Source of the DNA: Syntrophomonadaceae bacterium
GTDB taxonomy: Bacteria; Bacillota; Dethiobacteria; DTU022
Length of the DNA stretch: 64,000 nt
Reading direction: 5' to 3'
Assembly (NCBI GenBank): GCA_007119615.1
Contig: SKPH01000028.1
Location: forward strand, 4,134 to 68,133
Shown here piece by piece: positions 9,964 to 19,763 of the stretch; within the stretch, counting starts at the first letter, position 1; the number at the start of each line of letters is the position of its first letter. The translations under genes and the position numbers were made by a program. Under the pieces are notes generated by a model, which saw nothing but the letters and a program-made list of their open reading frames with translations, made no database searches and was not told the DNA's origin.

Positions 9964-11094
9964 TTAGCTGACGCCCGGGTGGGTGCGGTAGCCATCTTTG
10001 CTGAGGAGATCGACTGCCTGGCGCTGCTGATCTTCACTTTTAAACCCGAGACGGATACTACCCCCTGACAATTCCCTGACATGTAGAATTTCGATAGCAT
10101 CGATATTGATGCCGGCATCGCCTAATAGGGTTGTCATCCGGCCGATCACACCGGGTGTATCACGTACAAGGACAATCACATCAAAGAGTTCGGGTAGTAT
10201 ACCTCGGCCGCGGTGTGGAATTGTGCGCCGGTAATCGCGGGCCTGGCGCAGGTATTCTTCCACGGCATCAGGATTTGGCTCGGTTAAATACTTTTCCAGG
10301 GAATCCAGGTTCGTTTTGAATCTTTTCAGCATGGCAAGCAGGGCCCAGCGATTACTGCTGAATATATCACGCCATACTGAAGGGCTGCCGAGAGCAATGC
10401 GGGTGCTGTCCCTGAAACCTCCCGCCGCCAGGGTGCGAACCAGCTCAATATCTTCTGTTCCCGCTACACTTTGCACCAGGGCTGCCGCCGTTATTTGCGG
10501 CAGATGGCTGACTGCTGCGGCAACCTGATCGTGTTTGAGTGGATCGAGACCGATCGTTTGAGCTCCCGCTTTTTCAAGCATTCGTGAAAGTCGGTCTACT
10601 AACGCAGCCGGTGTATTAGATCCGGGAGTAAGGACATAGAGAGCATTTTCGAGCAGGGCCGGATCGGCGCCCTTGATACCGCTTACTTCAGAGCCGGCCA
10701 TAGGGTGGCCTCCGATAAAGTAGATATCTGCCGGCAGAATTGCTTCAGCCGCTTCCATAATCCATCCCTTGGTGCTTCCTACATCTGTGATCAATGTACC
10801 TTTGCTGAGCACAGGCAGGATTTCCTTAAACAATTCAATTGTACTTAAAACCGGCACGGCGAGGATAACCAGGTCAGCTTCTCTGACAGCATCAACTGCG
10901 GAAGCTGCGGTTTCATCGATTGCCCCACGTTCAAAAGCCTGCGCTGCGAAATCGGGATCGATATCATAGCCGATAATATTCTCTATAAGATTATTTTCGC
11001 GCAGGGCGATACCGAGGCTTCCTCCAATCAGGCCGGTACCGATCAGGGCAGCATTATGAAAGTAGAAACTTTGTTTAGATAAATCTTCCGACAC
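9964..11094 (-). CDS. tyrA: prephenate dehydrogenase with C-terminal ACT domain
   Basis: [11 protein letters not shown] Rossmann motif and PDH catalytic region. C-terminal ACT ([26 protein letters not shown]). Confidence 0.85.
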   Translation of the reverse strand: MSEDLSKQSFYFHNAALIGTGLIGGSLGIALRENNLIENIIGYDIDPDFAAQAFERGAIDETAASAVDAVREADLVILAVPVLSTIELFKEILPVLSKGTLITDVGSTKGWIMEAAEAILPADIYFIGGHPMAGSEVSGIKGADPALLENALYVLTPGSNTPAALVDRLSRMLEKAGAQTIGLDPLKHDQVAAAVSHLPQITAAALVQSVAGTEDIELVRTLAAGGFRDSTRIALGSPSVWRDIFSSNRWALLAMLKRFKTNLDSLEKYLTEPNPDAVEEYLRQARDYRRTIPHRGRGILPELFDVIVLVRDTPGVIGRMTTLLGDAGINIDAIEILHVRELSGGSIRLGFKSEDQQRQAVDLLSKDGYRTHPGVS

Positions 11095-12088
11095 TTGCAG
11101 CCACTCCTTTCAGCTCTTCCATTAAGTTCCGGAACTGGTCTGGGGTCAGGGATTGCGGCCCGTCGGAGACAGCCTCCTGTGGATTGGGATGGACTTCGAT
11201 CATCAGGCCGTCTGATCCTGCTGCCAGCGCCGCCTTACTCATAGCCGGAACAAGTCCGGACAGGCCGGTACCATGACTCGGGTCAACGATGACCGGAAGA
11301 TGGCTGAGTTGTTTGACCAGGGGAACAGCACTTAAATCGAGAGTGTTCCGGGTGTAGGGTTCAAAAGTGCGGATTCCTCTTTCGCAAAGGATTACGTCGT
11401 AATTACCTCCGCTTAAAATATATTCCGCCGCCATTAACCATTCCTCGATCGTTGCCGAGAGACCCCTCTTTAGCAGAACGGGCTTTCGGATCTTACCCAG
11501 TTCACGAAGCAGGTAGTAATTCTGCATATTTCGGGCTCCGACCTGAATAATATCGGCACATTCGGCCACCTCGTCAATTGTAAATTGGTCCATAACCTCA
11601 GTTACAATCAGCAGACCGGTTTTTGCGCGCACTTCATTCAGGAATTGAAGTCCCTGCTTCTCCAGACCCTGGAAACTGTACGGGGAAGTGCGCGGTTTGA
11701 AGGCCCCCGCCCGCAGGACTTTTGCCCCTGCAGCTTTTATCGCTTCTGCGGCCTGCAGCAGCTGATCCTCGTTTTCGATTGCGCAGGGACCGGCCATAAC
11801 TATCACTTCATCTGTACCGACAGATGTGTTCCCAATATTTATAACTGTGTCTTCAGGATGGAATTCGCGTCCGGCCAGTTTAAAAGGCCGGGTGATAAAT
11901 ACCACCTGTTCTACTTCCGGCATCGCTTCCATGGCCTGGGCCGCCTCTTCGCGGCGCTGGCCGATTACCCCGATTACAGTCCTGTTTTCACCTGTAGAAA
12001 GGTGTACACCGTAACCCATTGTTTTTAGTTTATCAGTGATCTTGGTTACATCTTTTTGCGTTGCTCCCGGATTCATTACAACGATCAT
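11075..12088 (-). CDS. aroF: 3-deoxy-7-phosphoheptulonate (DAHP) synthase, type I-beta with N-terminal regulatory domain
   Basis: [28 protein letters not shown] motifs. Overlaps tyrA by 20 nt. Confidence 0.85.
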   Translation of the reverse strand: MIVVMNPGATQKDVTKITDKLKTMGYGVHLSTGENRTVIGVIGQRREEAAQAMEAMPEVEQVVFITRPFKLAGREFHPEDTVINIGNTSVGTDEVIVMAGPCAIENEDQLLQAAEAIKAAGAKVLRAGAFKPRTSPYSFQGLEKQGLQFLNEVRAKTGLLIVTEVMDQFTIDEVAECADIIQVGARNMQNYYLLRELGKIRKPVLLKRGLSATIEEWLMAAEYILSGGNYDVILCERGIRTFEPYTRNTLDLSAVPLVKQLSHLPVIVDPSHGTGLSGLVPAMSKAALAAGSDGLMIEVHPNPQEAVSDGPQSLTPDQFRNLMEELKGVAASVGRFI

Positions 12089-12181
12089 AGATTCGACCTC
12101 CTTACTTTCGAGCTAATTCGGGCTTCAGGCCCTTGCTCAAAAATTTGTATTTTTATTAGGAATTAATTGCGGGTCGGGCTT

Positions 12182-13573
12182 TTAATATGCGGAAAAGGTG
12201 GAAAATGATTTGCGCTTTTGGAAACGGCCGTGGCCCGGTTTACCGGTATACTTGTTGTTTTCGAAGATCAGGCTGCCCCGGGAATAGACTTTTTGCGGCA
12301 CTCCTCTTCCTTTGAATCCTTCATACGGGTTGTAATCAACATTTTGGTACTGGCTGCTCTGGCTTATGGTAAATTCGGCTTCCGGATCGAAAATAATCAG
12401 ATCTGCATCGCTGCCAACAGCGATGGTTCCTTTCTGCGGGTAGAGACCGAATAACCTGGCAGGAGCGGTGCTAACCAGGTCTACAAATTTATTGATACCG
12501 ATTCGTCCGCCTTCCACTCCTTCTGCATAGAGCAGCTGGACTCTTGTTTCCACACCCGGAGCTCCATTAGGTATTTTGGTAAAATCGCTTTCACCCAAAT
12601 CTTTTTGTCCCTTAAGATTGAAAGAGCAATGATCCGAGGCGACAACCTGCAGGCTGCCGGAAGCCAGTCCGCTCCAGAGGAAATCTTCATTACCTGCTTC
12701 CCTTAGCGGGGGTGACATAACATACTTGGCCCCGCCGAAATCAGGCTCGCTGTAGCGGTCTAGATCCAGGAAAAGATACTGGGGGCAGGTTTCAGCATAG
12801 ACCGGCAATCCTCTAACCCGGGACTCGGCAACCCTTCCCAGCGCACCTGCATCGCTTAAGTGAACCACGTACCCGGGTGATTCACTCAGTTCGATCATTG
12901 TGATGAAGCGGTTTACAGCTTCTTCTTCAGCCTGCGGGGGACGGCTCAAGGCATGGTAGAGCGGTTCTACATGGCCCGCCGCCAGCATTTCCCTGGTCAA
13001 CAGATCGATCACATCACCGTTCTCAGCGTGGACAAGAACCAGTCCTCCCGCATCACCAGACTGCTTTAGAACTTTAAGCAGGGTGGCATCATCAACCTGA
13101 AATACTCCTTTGTAGGCCATGAACAGCTTAAATGAAGGATAACCTTCCTCGACCAGCAAGGGAATTTCCGCCAGGACACTTTCGTTAAGATCAGTGACAG
13201 CCACGTGAAATCCATAGTCGATGGCGCACTTGCCTTCAGCCTTCTTATGCCAGTCTTCGAGCGCCTCCTGGAGGAATTTGCCAGGCGTCTGGAGTGCATA
13301 ATCTACAATACAGGTTGTCCCTCCTGCGGCCGCTGCGATTGTGCCTGAAGTGAAATCATCGGCTGTTACAGTGCCTCCGAAGGGCATATCAAGGTGGGTA
13401 TGGACATCTATTGCTCCCGGAAAAATCAGCATGCCCGAGGCATCTGTAATTTCGTCTGCGTCAACAGTGGTTTCAGCTTCCAGGGCAATGATTTTTTCAT
13501 TCTCGATCAGGATATCGGCGCGGTAAATATCTGAAGCTGTGACGATGGTACCGTTTTTTATCAAGGTGCGCAT
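12182..13573 (-). CDS. dihydropyrimidinase / D-hydantoinase
   Basis: IDVHTHLDMPFGG, SFKLFMAY (carboxylated Lys), VLVHAENGD. Cyclic amidohydrolase signature. Confidence 0.85.
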   Translation of the reverse strand: MRTLIKNGTIVTASDIYRADILIENEKIIALEAETTVDADEITDASGMLIFPGAIDVHTHLDMPFGGTVTADDFTSGTIAAAAGGTTCIVDYALQTPGKFLQEALEDWHKKAEGKCAIDYGFHVAVTDLNESVLAEIPLLVEEGYPSFKLFMAYKGVFQVDDATLLKVLKQSGDAGGLVLVHAENGDVIDLLTREMLAAGHVEPLYHALSRPPQAEEEAVNRFITMIELSESPGYVVHLSDAGALGRVAESRVRGLPVYAETCPQYLFLDLDRYSEPDFGGAKYVMSPPLREAGNEDFLWSGLASGSLQVVASDHCSFNLKGQKDLGESDFTKIPNGAPGVETRVQLLYAEGVEGGRIGINKFVDLVSTAPARLFGLYPQKGTIAVGSDADLIIFDPEAEFTISQSSQYQNVDYNPYEGFKGRGVPQKVYSRGSLIFENNKYTGKPGHGRFQKRKSFSTFSAY

Positions 13574-13617
13574 TTGGAAATCCTCCTATTCTTATACTTT
13601 CATTCACCTCAACCACG

Positions 13618-14505
13618 TTATGGATCGATTATTTCACCGTAAGTTTCGGGGCGCCGATCGCGAAAGAACTGCCAGGTATTCCTGACTTCCCTGATCATGT
13701 CGAGATCAAGATCGCCTACTACCACTTCGTCATCGTCGCGGCTGCCTTCGGCTATAATCTGGCCCCGGGGGTTGCAGAGGTAGCTGCTGCCGTAAAAATG
13801 TCCCATGTTCCAGGGGGCTTCGGTGCCGACGCGATTGATGGCGGCAACAAAGTAGGCGTTGGCGACAGCGTGAGCCGGTTGCTCCAGCTTCCAAAGGTAT
13901 TCCGATAAACCTGCTACCGTGGCGGAAGGGTTGAAAACAATTTCGGCGCCTTTGAGGCCAAGAATTCGGGGGCCTTCGGGGAAATGGCGGTCGTAGCAGA
14001 TATAGACTCCGATTTTGGCAAAGGCGGTTTGGAAAACCGGGTGGCCGAGGTTGCCCGGTTTAAAATAATATTTTTCCCAGAAACCGGTGGCAGGAGATTT
14101 GCCGGCCTGGACGTGAGGTATGTGTATCTTGCGAAACTTGCCCAGGTATTCACCGCCGGCATCGATAACAGCAGCGGTATTATAGAATACTCCTGTTACA
14201 TCTTCTTCATACAGCGGAACAATCATGACCATACCATACTTTCTGGCCTGTTCCTGCATCAATTTAGTCGTCGGCCCGTCAGGAATTTTTTCCGTTGAAT
14301 CGTACCATTTTGTAACCTGTTCCGCGCAAAAATAGGGACCGGTGAAAATTTCCTGGAGACAGACGATCTGGGCTTTCTCTTCGGCGGCTTTTTCTATCAT
14401 CTTTAAATGCTTTTCAATTGCTGTTTCCCTGTGTTTTGCGACCGGTTCATCACCATGCAGTTCGTGCCTGGCCTGGATTAGAGCTACCCTTACGTTTCTG
14501 CTCAT
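13618..14505 (-). CDS. carbon-nitrogen hydrolase, beta-ureidopropionase / N-carbamoyl-amino-acid amidohydrolase type
   Basis: Nitrilase-superfamily E-K-C triad context (CLQE, RKIHIP, ICYDRHFPE). Start set at MSRNV because AAAAGGAG RBS lies upstream; the ORF track extends to 14556. Confidence 0.75.
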   Translation of the reverse strand: MSRNVRVALIQARHELHGDEPVAKHRETAIEKHLKMIEKAAEEKAQIVCLQEIFTGPYFCAEQVTKWYDSTEKIPDGPTTKLMQEQARKYGMVMIVPLYEEDVTGVFYNTAAVIDAGGEYLGKFRKIHIPHVQAGKSPATGFWEKYYFKPGNLGHPVFQTAFAKIGVYICYDRHFPEGPRILGLKGAEIVFNPSATVAGLSEYLWKLEQPAHAVANAYFVAAINRVGTEAPWNMGHFYGSSYLCNPRGQIIAEGSRDDDEVVVGDLDLDMIREVRNTWQFFRDRRPETYGEIIDP

Positions 14506-14617
14506 CGAAAAGTCTCCTTTTGATCGTCTGAATTTGTGTTTTCGAATTTCCACCAACAGATGAATACGGGTTGAATATTAAACCCGGTTACATTTAACTG
14601 CTTATATCAAATCCTCA

Positions 14618-14660
14618 TGTAAAAAAACCAGTTATTCTGTATTAAACTACGGCTGGTACG
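14618..14660 (-). terminator. possible weak intrinsic terminator after asd
   Basis: Minus strand: ACCAGccgtagtttaatacagaataaCTGGTTTTTTT. Short stem with a U-run. Confidence 0.3.
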
Positions 14661-14715
14661 TTGATCAGCCTACAGTCGCCGCTGAGAGTAGTTTCTTGCC
14701 GGTCAGGCTTTCAAC

Positions 14716-15738
14716 CTAAAGCAGAAGTTCGGCAATCTGAATTGAATTGGTCGCGGCGCCTTTACGGATGTTATCTGATACAACCCAGAGGTTTAGGCCA
14801 TGCTTTACTGTATGGTCGGGACGGATACGGCCGACAAAGACAGCATCTTTACCATCTGCCTGTAGCGGTGTGGGATATTCGAGCATATCCGGATCATCTA
14901 TTACTGTCACACCCGGGAAATTATCCAATAGCTTTCGGGCTTCGAGTTGAGACAATGCCTGATTCACCTCCAGGTTCAGAGCTATCGAGTGACAGTTTAT
15001 AACCGGGACCCGGACTGTAGTTGCAGTTAAGGACAGACCGGGGAGGCCCATTATCTTCCTGGTCTCCCTGAGCATTTTGATTTCTTCCTTGCAGTAACCG
15101 TCTTCGAGGAATATATCTATCTGAGGTACAAGGTTAAAAGCAATCTGGTAGCTGCGTAGAGCGTCTTTATGGGGCATTCGTTCTGCAGTAACAGTAGTTC
15201 CCTCCAGGCAGGCACGGCTTTGCTCCTGCAGTTCTTCCACCGCCTCCCTGCCCGCTCCGGAGACAGCCTGGTAGGTCGAGGCAACTACACGTTTAAGAAT
15301 TGAGGCGTCGTGCAGCGGCTTCAGGACCATAACCATCTGAATGGTTGAGCAATTCGGGTTGGCGATAATTCCCGTATGGTTGAAAACATCTTCAGGATTG
15401 ACTTCAGGAACAACCAGGGGTACTCCTTCGTCCATGCGGAAGGCATTGCTGTTATCGATAACTACCGCTCCGCGCCTGGCTGCCTCAGGCCCAAGATCTT
15501 TTGCGATTCCTTCTCCTGCACTGAAAAAAGCAAAATCAATTCCGTCAAAAGACTGAGGTTTAGCTTCTTCTACAGTATATACTTTTGATCCGGCTTTTTG
15601 CTGAAGATCAGCAGAACGGGATGAAGCCAAAAGTTTAAGTCTATTGAATGGGAATTGACGTTCAATCAAAACATCAATCATTTTTTGTCCAACCATACCT
15701 GTTGCGCCCACAACTGCTACATTGTACTTTTTAACCAC
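14716..15738 (-). CDS. asd: aspartate-semialdehyde dehydrogenase
   Basis: VAVVGATGMVGQ plus Asd catalytic region. GTG start with AGGAGG RBS. Overlaps the upstream gene's stop by 1 nt (TAGTG). Confidence 0.85.
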   Translation of the reverse strand: MVKKYNVAVVGATGMVGQKMIDVLIERQFPFNRLKLLASSRSADLQQKAGSKVYTVEEAKPQSFDGIDFAFFSAGEGIAKDLGPEAARRGAVVIDNSNAFRMDEGVPLVVPEVNPEDVFNHTGIIANPNCSTIQMVMVLKPLHDASILKRVVASTYQAVSGAGREAVEELQEQSRACLEGTTVTAERMPHKDALRSYQIAFNLVPQIDIFLEDGYCKEEIKMLRETRKIMGLPGLSLTATTVRVPVINCHSIALNLEVNQALSQLEARKLLDNFPGVTVIDDPDMLEYPTPLQADGKDAVFVGRIRPDHTVKHGLNLWVVSDNIRKGAATNSIQIAELLL

Positions 15739-16229
15739 TACTTCTCCTCCTGATAGCCGGTTTGATCCCCGGGAAGGTTTTCCTCGCATTCGGGTTTATC
15801 CAACAGGAGCCCGGTTATAACCGGTTTGAATTTCGGATCGTCTTTTACTCTCCGATCCCATTTGCGGATTAAATAGAAGACCAAAACCATTAAAGCAACT
15901 CCCGCCCCGACAGCCTGCAGATCCTGACTGCCCTCAAGACCAAGGGTTCCTGCTATGTAGGGCCAGATAAAAATACCGGCAACCAGGCCAGCGAGGGGCA
16001 CGATATAAAGCATGAAGGCCAGAAACAGCACCTGGCGGTCGTCCGATTCAATAACAACCCTCTGGCCTTCCTCGGCCTGAATGGGGTTATGGGCTTCAAT
16101 TAATATGTTCCGTTTACTCGAACCACTGAGAATACCGCACCTGCCGCACTGGCCGCAGATCACGTGGCGCTGCAGATTAACTGCAGCAATATCCCCCCTG
16201 GTTTCAGTTACTATCCCGTATTGATCCAC
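15738..16229 (-). CDS. rseC: RseC/MucC (SoxR-reducing system) family protein
   Basis: GIVTETRGDIAAVNLQRHVICGQCGRCG followed by 2 TM helices. Confidence 0.65.
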   Translation of the reverse strand: MDQYGIVTETRGDIAAVNLQRHVICGQCGRCGILSGSSKRNILIEAHNPIQAEEGQRVVIESDDRQVLFLAFMLYIVPLAGLVAGIFIWPYIAGTLGLEGSQDLQAVGAGVALMVLVFYLIRKWDRRVKDDPKFKPVITGLLLDKPECEENLPGDQTGYQEEK

Positions 16230-16337
16230 TTTATATCTCCTCCCACGAAGTTAAGTAAATCTTAGCATAACAGCGCAGTGCTAACAAGTAGATAAAGACT
16301 TAAGAAACAGCGTTCGGGATAGCAATAAAAATATTGC

Positions 16338-16394
16338 AACATTCAATAAGTTAAAAAAAGGTGTCTGACACCTTTTGTTAACTTATTGAATGTT
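16338..16394. repeat. 57-nt near-perfect palindrome: 17-bp inverted repeat arms flanking a 9-bp GC-containing hairpin with T-runs (bidirectional terminator-like)
   Basis: AACATTCAATAAGTTAA-aaaaaGGTGTCtgaGACACCttttg-TTAACTTATTGAATGTT. Confidence 0.6.
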
Positions 16395-16430
16395 TTGAAA
16401 AAGGGCGCTGCCCTGAGAAGGGAGCGCCCT
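16395..16430 (-). terminator. intrinsic terminator of the flx/hdr operon
   Basis: Minus strand: AGGGCGCT-cccttctcagggc-AGCGCCCTTTTTC, immediately 3' of the flxA-like stop. Confidence 0.8.
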
Positions 16431-16465
16431 GTAGTTGAATGACTTTTAAGTTATGGCCTGCGCCT

Positions 16466-17314
16466 TTAGGCGAAGGCTTCGGGTATTTCTTTTAAGACGG
16501 CGTAGCTGAATACGGGGCCGTCCTTGCACACGTACATACCGCCGGCATTACAGCGGCCGCATTTGCCGATACCGCATTTCATCCTGTTTTCCAGGGTGGT
16601 GTAGATCTGTTCATCGGAAAAGCCAAGTTTCTTCAGGTTCTCCAAAACAAAACGGATCATGATCGGCGGACCGCAGGTAATCGCAATCGTGTTTTCCGGA
16701 GAGGGGTTGAGGTCAAGCAACATCTGGGGAACAAAGCCAACGTTACCGCTCCAGTCTTCTTCTTCCACATCGATCGTCAGGTGGCAGGAAAGGTCGCTGC
16801 AACTTTCCATCTCTTCAAATTCTCCTTTGAAGCAGAGGTCACCTGAAGTGCGGGCACCATAGATCATGGTTAATCCTTCATACTGATCAAGATTTGCCCT
16901 GACATACTCTACTATGGGGCGCAGTGGCGCCTGGCCAATCCCTCCTCCGATGGTCAGGATCTTCTTACCCTGCCATTCATCGACCGGGAAACTGTTTCCA
17001 TACGGGCCGCGCACCATCATCTTATCGCCCGGCTCCAGCTGATGCAAGGCCTGGGTTACCTTACCCATGCGCATGACGGAAAAGCGCAGGAATTTGCCTT
17101 CGGTCGGAGAGCAAGAGATCGATATCATGCTTTCACCTGCACCCAGAACGCCAATCATGGCGCACTGGCCCGGCTGGTGGCTCCAGTTTTCACGCACTTC
17201 CTGATCATCAAAGACTACTTTGAAGGTTTTGATACAGCGCTCACCGTAGGTTTCAAACCAGGTTTCTTCTACGGTTGCAGTGTGGGGGATATAGGGGTTG
17301 CCGTTGGTTTTCAT
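16466..17314 (-). CDS. flxA: FAD/NAD(P)-binding oxidoreductase with C-terminal [2Fe-2S] (HydG/AsrB/PyrK-like); FlxA-like
   Basis: FNR-like fold (RFSV flavin motif, ILTIGGGIGQAPL NAD motif). C-terminal CGIGKCGRCN...C. Confidence 0.7.
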   Translation of the reverse strand: MKTNGNPYIPHTATVEETWFETYGERCIKTFKVVFDDQEVRENWSHQPGQCAMIGVLGAGESMISISCSPTEGKFLRFSVMRMGKVTQALHQLEPGDKMMVRGPYGNSFPVDEWQGKKILTIGGGIGQAPLRPIVEYVRANLDQYEGLTMIYGARTSGDLCFKGEFEEMESCSDLSCHLTIDVEEEDWSGNVGFVPQMLLDLNPSPENTIAITCGPPIMIRFVLENLKKLGFSDEQIYTTLENRMKCGIGKCGRCNAGGMYVCKDGPVFSYAVLKEIPEAFA

Positions 17315-18333
17315 AGCGCCTCCTCCACCTTCTTCAGAATTTCAACGATATCGATATTGACCGGGCAGAGGTTGATGCACCGCCCACATCCGACGCAAGC
17401 TATAACGTCAAACTTATCAACATAGTAACTGTATTTATGGCTGATCCGGTTCCGGGTCCTTTCCCGGCGGGTAGGTCGGGGATTGTGTCCCGAGGTGTGC
17501 AGAGTATATTCTCCGAACATACAAGAATCCCACATCCGGCAGCGTCTGGATTCAAAACCTTCCGTTTCGTCCTGGATGTCAAAGCAGTGGCAGGTCGGAC
17601 AGAGATAGGTACAGGTTCCACAGCCAAGGCATGATGCCGAAACGTTTTGCCAGAGAGGGTCTTCCCAAAGCCCCGGCAGTCCTTCGGGCACCCCTTCGGT
17701 TTTGACTTCACGCTTGATCTTTTTCTCTGCTTCAAGAACTAGCTTCTCTTTTTCCTTAACTGCGTCACTGTCTGCTTTCTCGAGCAGGTCACCAGCCGAT
17801 TCAAGCAGAGTTTCGCCTTTTTCAGTGAGAGCTTCGAGCAGGTAATTATCGCCGAGGTCGACCATCAGGAGGTCGAGTCCTTCAGTAGATGCGGGCCCGC
17901 CGCCGACCGAAGTGCAGAAGCAATTCAGTCCGGGATCGCTGCAGGCCAGTCCCACTACTGTAACCAGTTCGCGCCGCTTAACATAATAAGGATCGTCAAT
18001 GTCCCATCTAAATAGTTTCTCTACAATGGTCATGGCCCGCGCGTCGCATGGGCGCACACCGAGAAGTACGGTTTCGTCCTCGAGCTGAGGCTCTTCCATT
18101 TCTTCTGCGCCCAGCTGAAAGCGGTACATCGTTTCGGTTTGTGGAAAGAGCGCCTCCTTGGGCGGAACCCTTGTATTATTAAAGTCGAGGGCAGGTGTTT
18201 CACCTTCAGTTACCGGGGCAAAGCGCATCGCATCACCATCAGCCCCGGGAGCCCATAGCTTTTTACCGGCCAACTTTTCAACAAACTCAGGCCACTTTTC
18301 TTTTTTCAACAGCATCGCTGACATATCACCCAC
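17311..18333 (-). CDS. flxB: iron-sulfur protein, HydB/AsrA-like, with 2x[4Fe-4S] ferredoxin motifs; FlxB-like
   Basis: CLGCGTCTYLCP and CVGCGRCINLCP cluster motifs. 4-nt overlap with the flxA-like gene. Confidence 0.65.
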   Translation of the reverse strand: MGDMSAMLLKKEKWPEFVEKLAGKKLWAPGADGDAMRFAPVTEGETPALDFNNTRVPPKEALFPQTETMYRFQLGAEEMEEPQLEDETVLLGVRPCDARAMTIVEKLFRWDIDDPYYVKRRELVTVVGLACSDPGLNCFCTSVGGGPASTEGLDLLMVDLGDNYLLEALTEKGETLLESAGDLLEKADSDAVKEKEKLVLEAEKKIKREVKTEGVPEGLPGLWEDPLWQNVSASCLGCGTCTYLCPTCHCFDIQDETEGFESRRCRMWDSCMFGEYTLHTSGHNPRPTRRERTRNRISHKYSYYVDKFDVIACVGCGRCINLCPVNIDIVEILKKVEEAL

Positions 18334-18335
18334 CT

Positions 18336-19316
18336 CTACAGTATGAAGTCCTCAGGATCATCAGGCTTAAAGCTGGCCTGGAACGGTTCGGCCTCGGGAT
18401 CAACCCCGGGCTCGAAACCGTATTTATCCCGCACTTCCCGGGCCAGTTTGCGATTTAACCTGCCCAAAGGAATATTAGCCGGGCATACCCGCTCGCACTC
18501 ACCGCATTCGATGCAGCGGCCGGCGAGATGAAAAGCCCGGGCTATGTTGAAAGCCGTATTTTCGGAAAAGTTTACCGCACGGTTAACCCAGGTCGGGTTG
18601 AGACGATCAAGGATACAATCCTGGCAGTAGCAAAGGGGGCAAACATTACGGCAGCTGTAGCAGCGCACACATTTAGCGAACTGCTCCTCCCAGTAGGCTG
18701 CGCGCTCGTCGACATCCCTGTTTTCGATCTCTGCTACACCTTCATCTTCCACCAGCTCCCGGGTTTCTACCGGCTCACCCAGCATAACATCGCTGATAAC
18801 CGGATTTGGATAGCGGCAAAGACGGCATTTCTCAGCCAGCAGTTCATCCCTGCTTATTTCGATTTCTTCTTCACCGCGAACCAGAAGAAACCCGTCTTCA
18901 GTCCATTTTATTTCCACAGTTTCTTCCGTTTCGGGATATTTTTCAGCCAGCAGTTCAGGATCAACAACTCCCGGACAGGGGCACCCGATCACTACAACTT
19001 CTTCCCGGCCTATGCCCTTTTCTACCAGAAGTTGAGCTACCGCTCTGCTGTCGCATCCTTTAACCATAACGGCGACTTTGCGATCGTCCGCTTCCTGGCC
19101 GCGTGGAACCGGCAGTTTTTCTACCAGTGTCAGATAAGTAGCCAGGTTGGCGGTGCAGAGGGGTGAAAAGATCAACTCTGCAGCGCCGGCGGCATCTTCA
19201 ATAAAACCGGGGGCAACCCGGTAACCGTAGGAACCCTTTTTCCAACCGATAACGTATTTAACGTCCTCACGGTCCGCTACCTCCGCTGCGGTTTTTTGTA
19301 ATTGTTCCAGTTCCAT
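18336..19316 (-). CDS. flxC: iron-sulfur protein, FrhB/HydB-like N-domain plus 2x[4Fe-4S]; FlxC-like
   Basis: CVRCYSCRNVCP and CIECGECERVCP motifs. N-terminal FrhB-like region (VMVKGCDSRA). Confidence 0.65.
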   Translation of the reverse strand: MELEQLQKTAAEVADREDVKYVIGWKKGSYGYRVAPGFIEDAAGAAELIFSPLCTANLATYLTLVEKLPVPRGQEADDRKVAVMVKGCDSRAVAQLLVEKGIGREEVVVIGCPCPGVVDPELLAEKYPETEETVEIKWTEDGFLLVRGEEEIEISRDELLAEKCRLCRYPNPVISDVMLGEPVETRELVEDEGVAEIENRDVDERAAYWEEQFAKCVRCYSCRNVCPLCYCQDCILDRLNPTWVNRAVNFSENTAFNIARAFHLAGRCIECGECERVCPANIPLGRLNRKLAREVRDKYGFEPGVDPEAEPFQASFKPDDPEDFIL

Positions 19317-19331
19317 CTCTATAAACCCCTC

Positions 19332-19763
19332 CTACCAGTCGATCTGACGACGCCTGAAACCTTCAAACGGACCGGCTTCTCGTGCATCTTCAACGGTTTT
19401 TTCCACTACTTCTTTCCATTTATGTCCCTCGGAAGCAGATACCCAGCTCATATGAAAACGTCTGGGATCAACACCGATAAATTCCATCAGATCTTTAAGC
19501 ATGCCCAGGCGGCGCCTGGCATAGTAGTTGCCTTCCATGTAGTGGCAGTCCCCGGGATGGCATCCTGAAACGAGCACTCCGTCCGCGCCCTGCTGCAGAG
19601 CGTTCATCACATAGAGAGGATTTACCCGCCCGGAACACATAACCCGGATAATCTGGAGATTGGCCGGGTAGCGCTCCCTGCTTGTTCCGGCCAAATCGGC
19701 TCCGGCGTAGGAACACCAGTTGCAAAGGAAAGCTACAATGTTTGGTTCAAAGGTTGCACTCAT
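19332..19763 (-). CDS. mvhD: MvhD-type (methyl-viologen-reducing hydrogenase delta) [2Fe-2S] protein; FlxD
   Basis: IVAFLCNWCSYAGADLAG...IIRVMCSGRV...LVSGCHPGDCHY matches the MvhD signature. 4-nt overlap with hdrA. Confidence 0.85.
   Translation of the reverse strand: MSATFEPNIVAFLCNWCSYAGADLAGTSRERYPANLQIIRVMCSGRVNPLYVMNALQQGADGVLVSGCHPGDCHYMEGNYYARRRLGMLKDLMEFIGVDPRRFHMSWVSASEGHKWKEVVEKTVEDAREAGPFEGFRRRQIDW

Noticed and set aside
18528-19166. 212-aa plus-strand ORF antisense to flxC. Similar long antisense ORFs: 19907..20527, 23096..23599, 25101..25610, 37808..38731 (307 aa), 42731..43291, 51160..51708, 58490..58810, 3891..4223.
   Set aside because: All lie entirely inside well-supported genes on the opposite strand. 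They have low-complexity Pro/Arg/Ser/Gly-rich translations typical of antisense frames of GC-rich coding DNA. They have no RBS and no recognisable domains.
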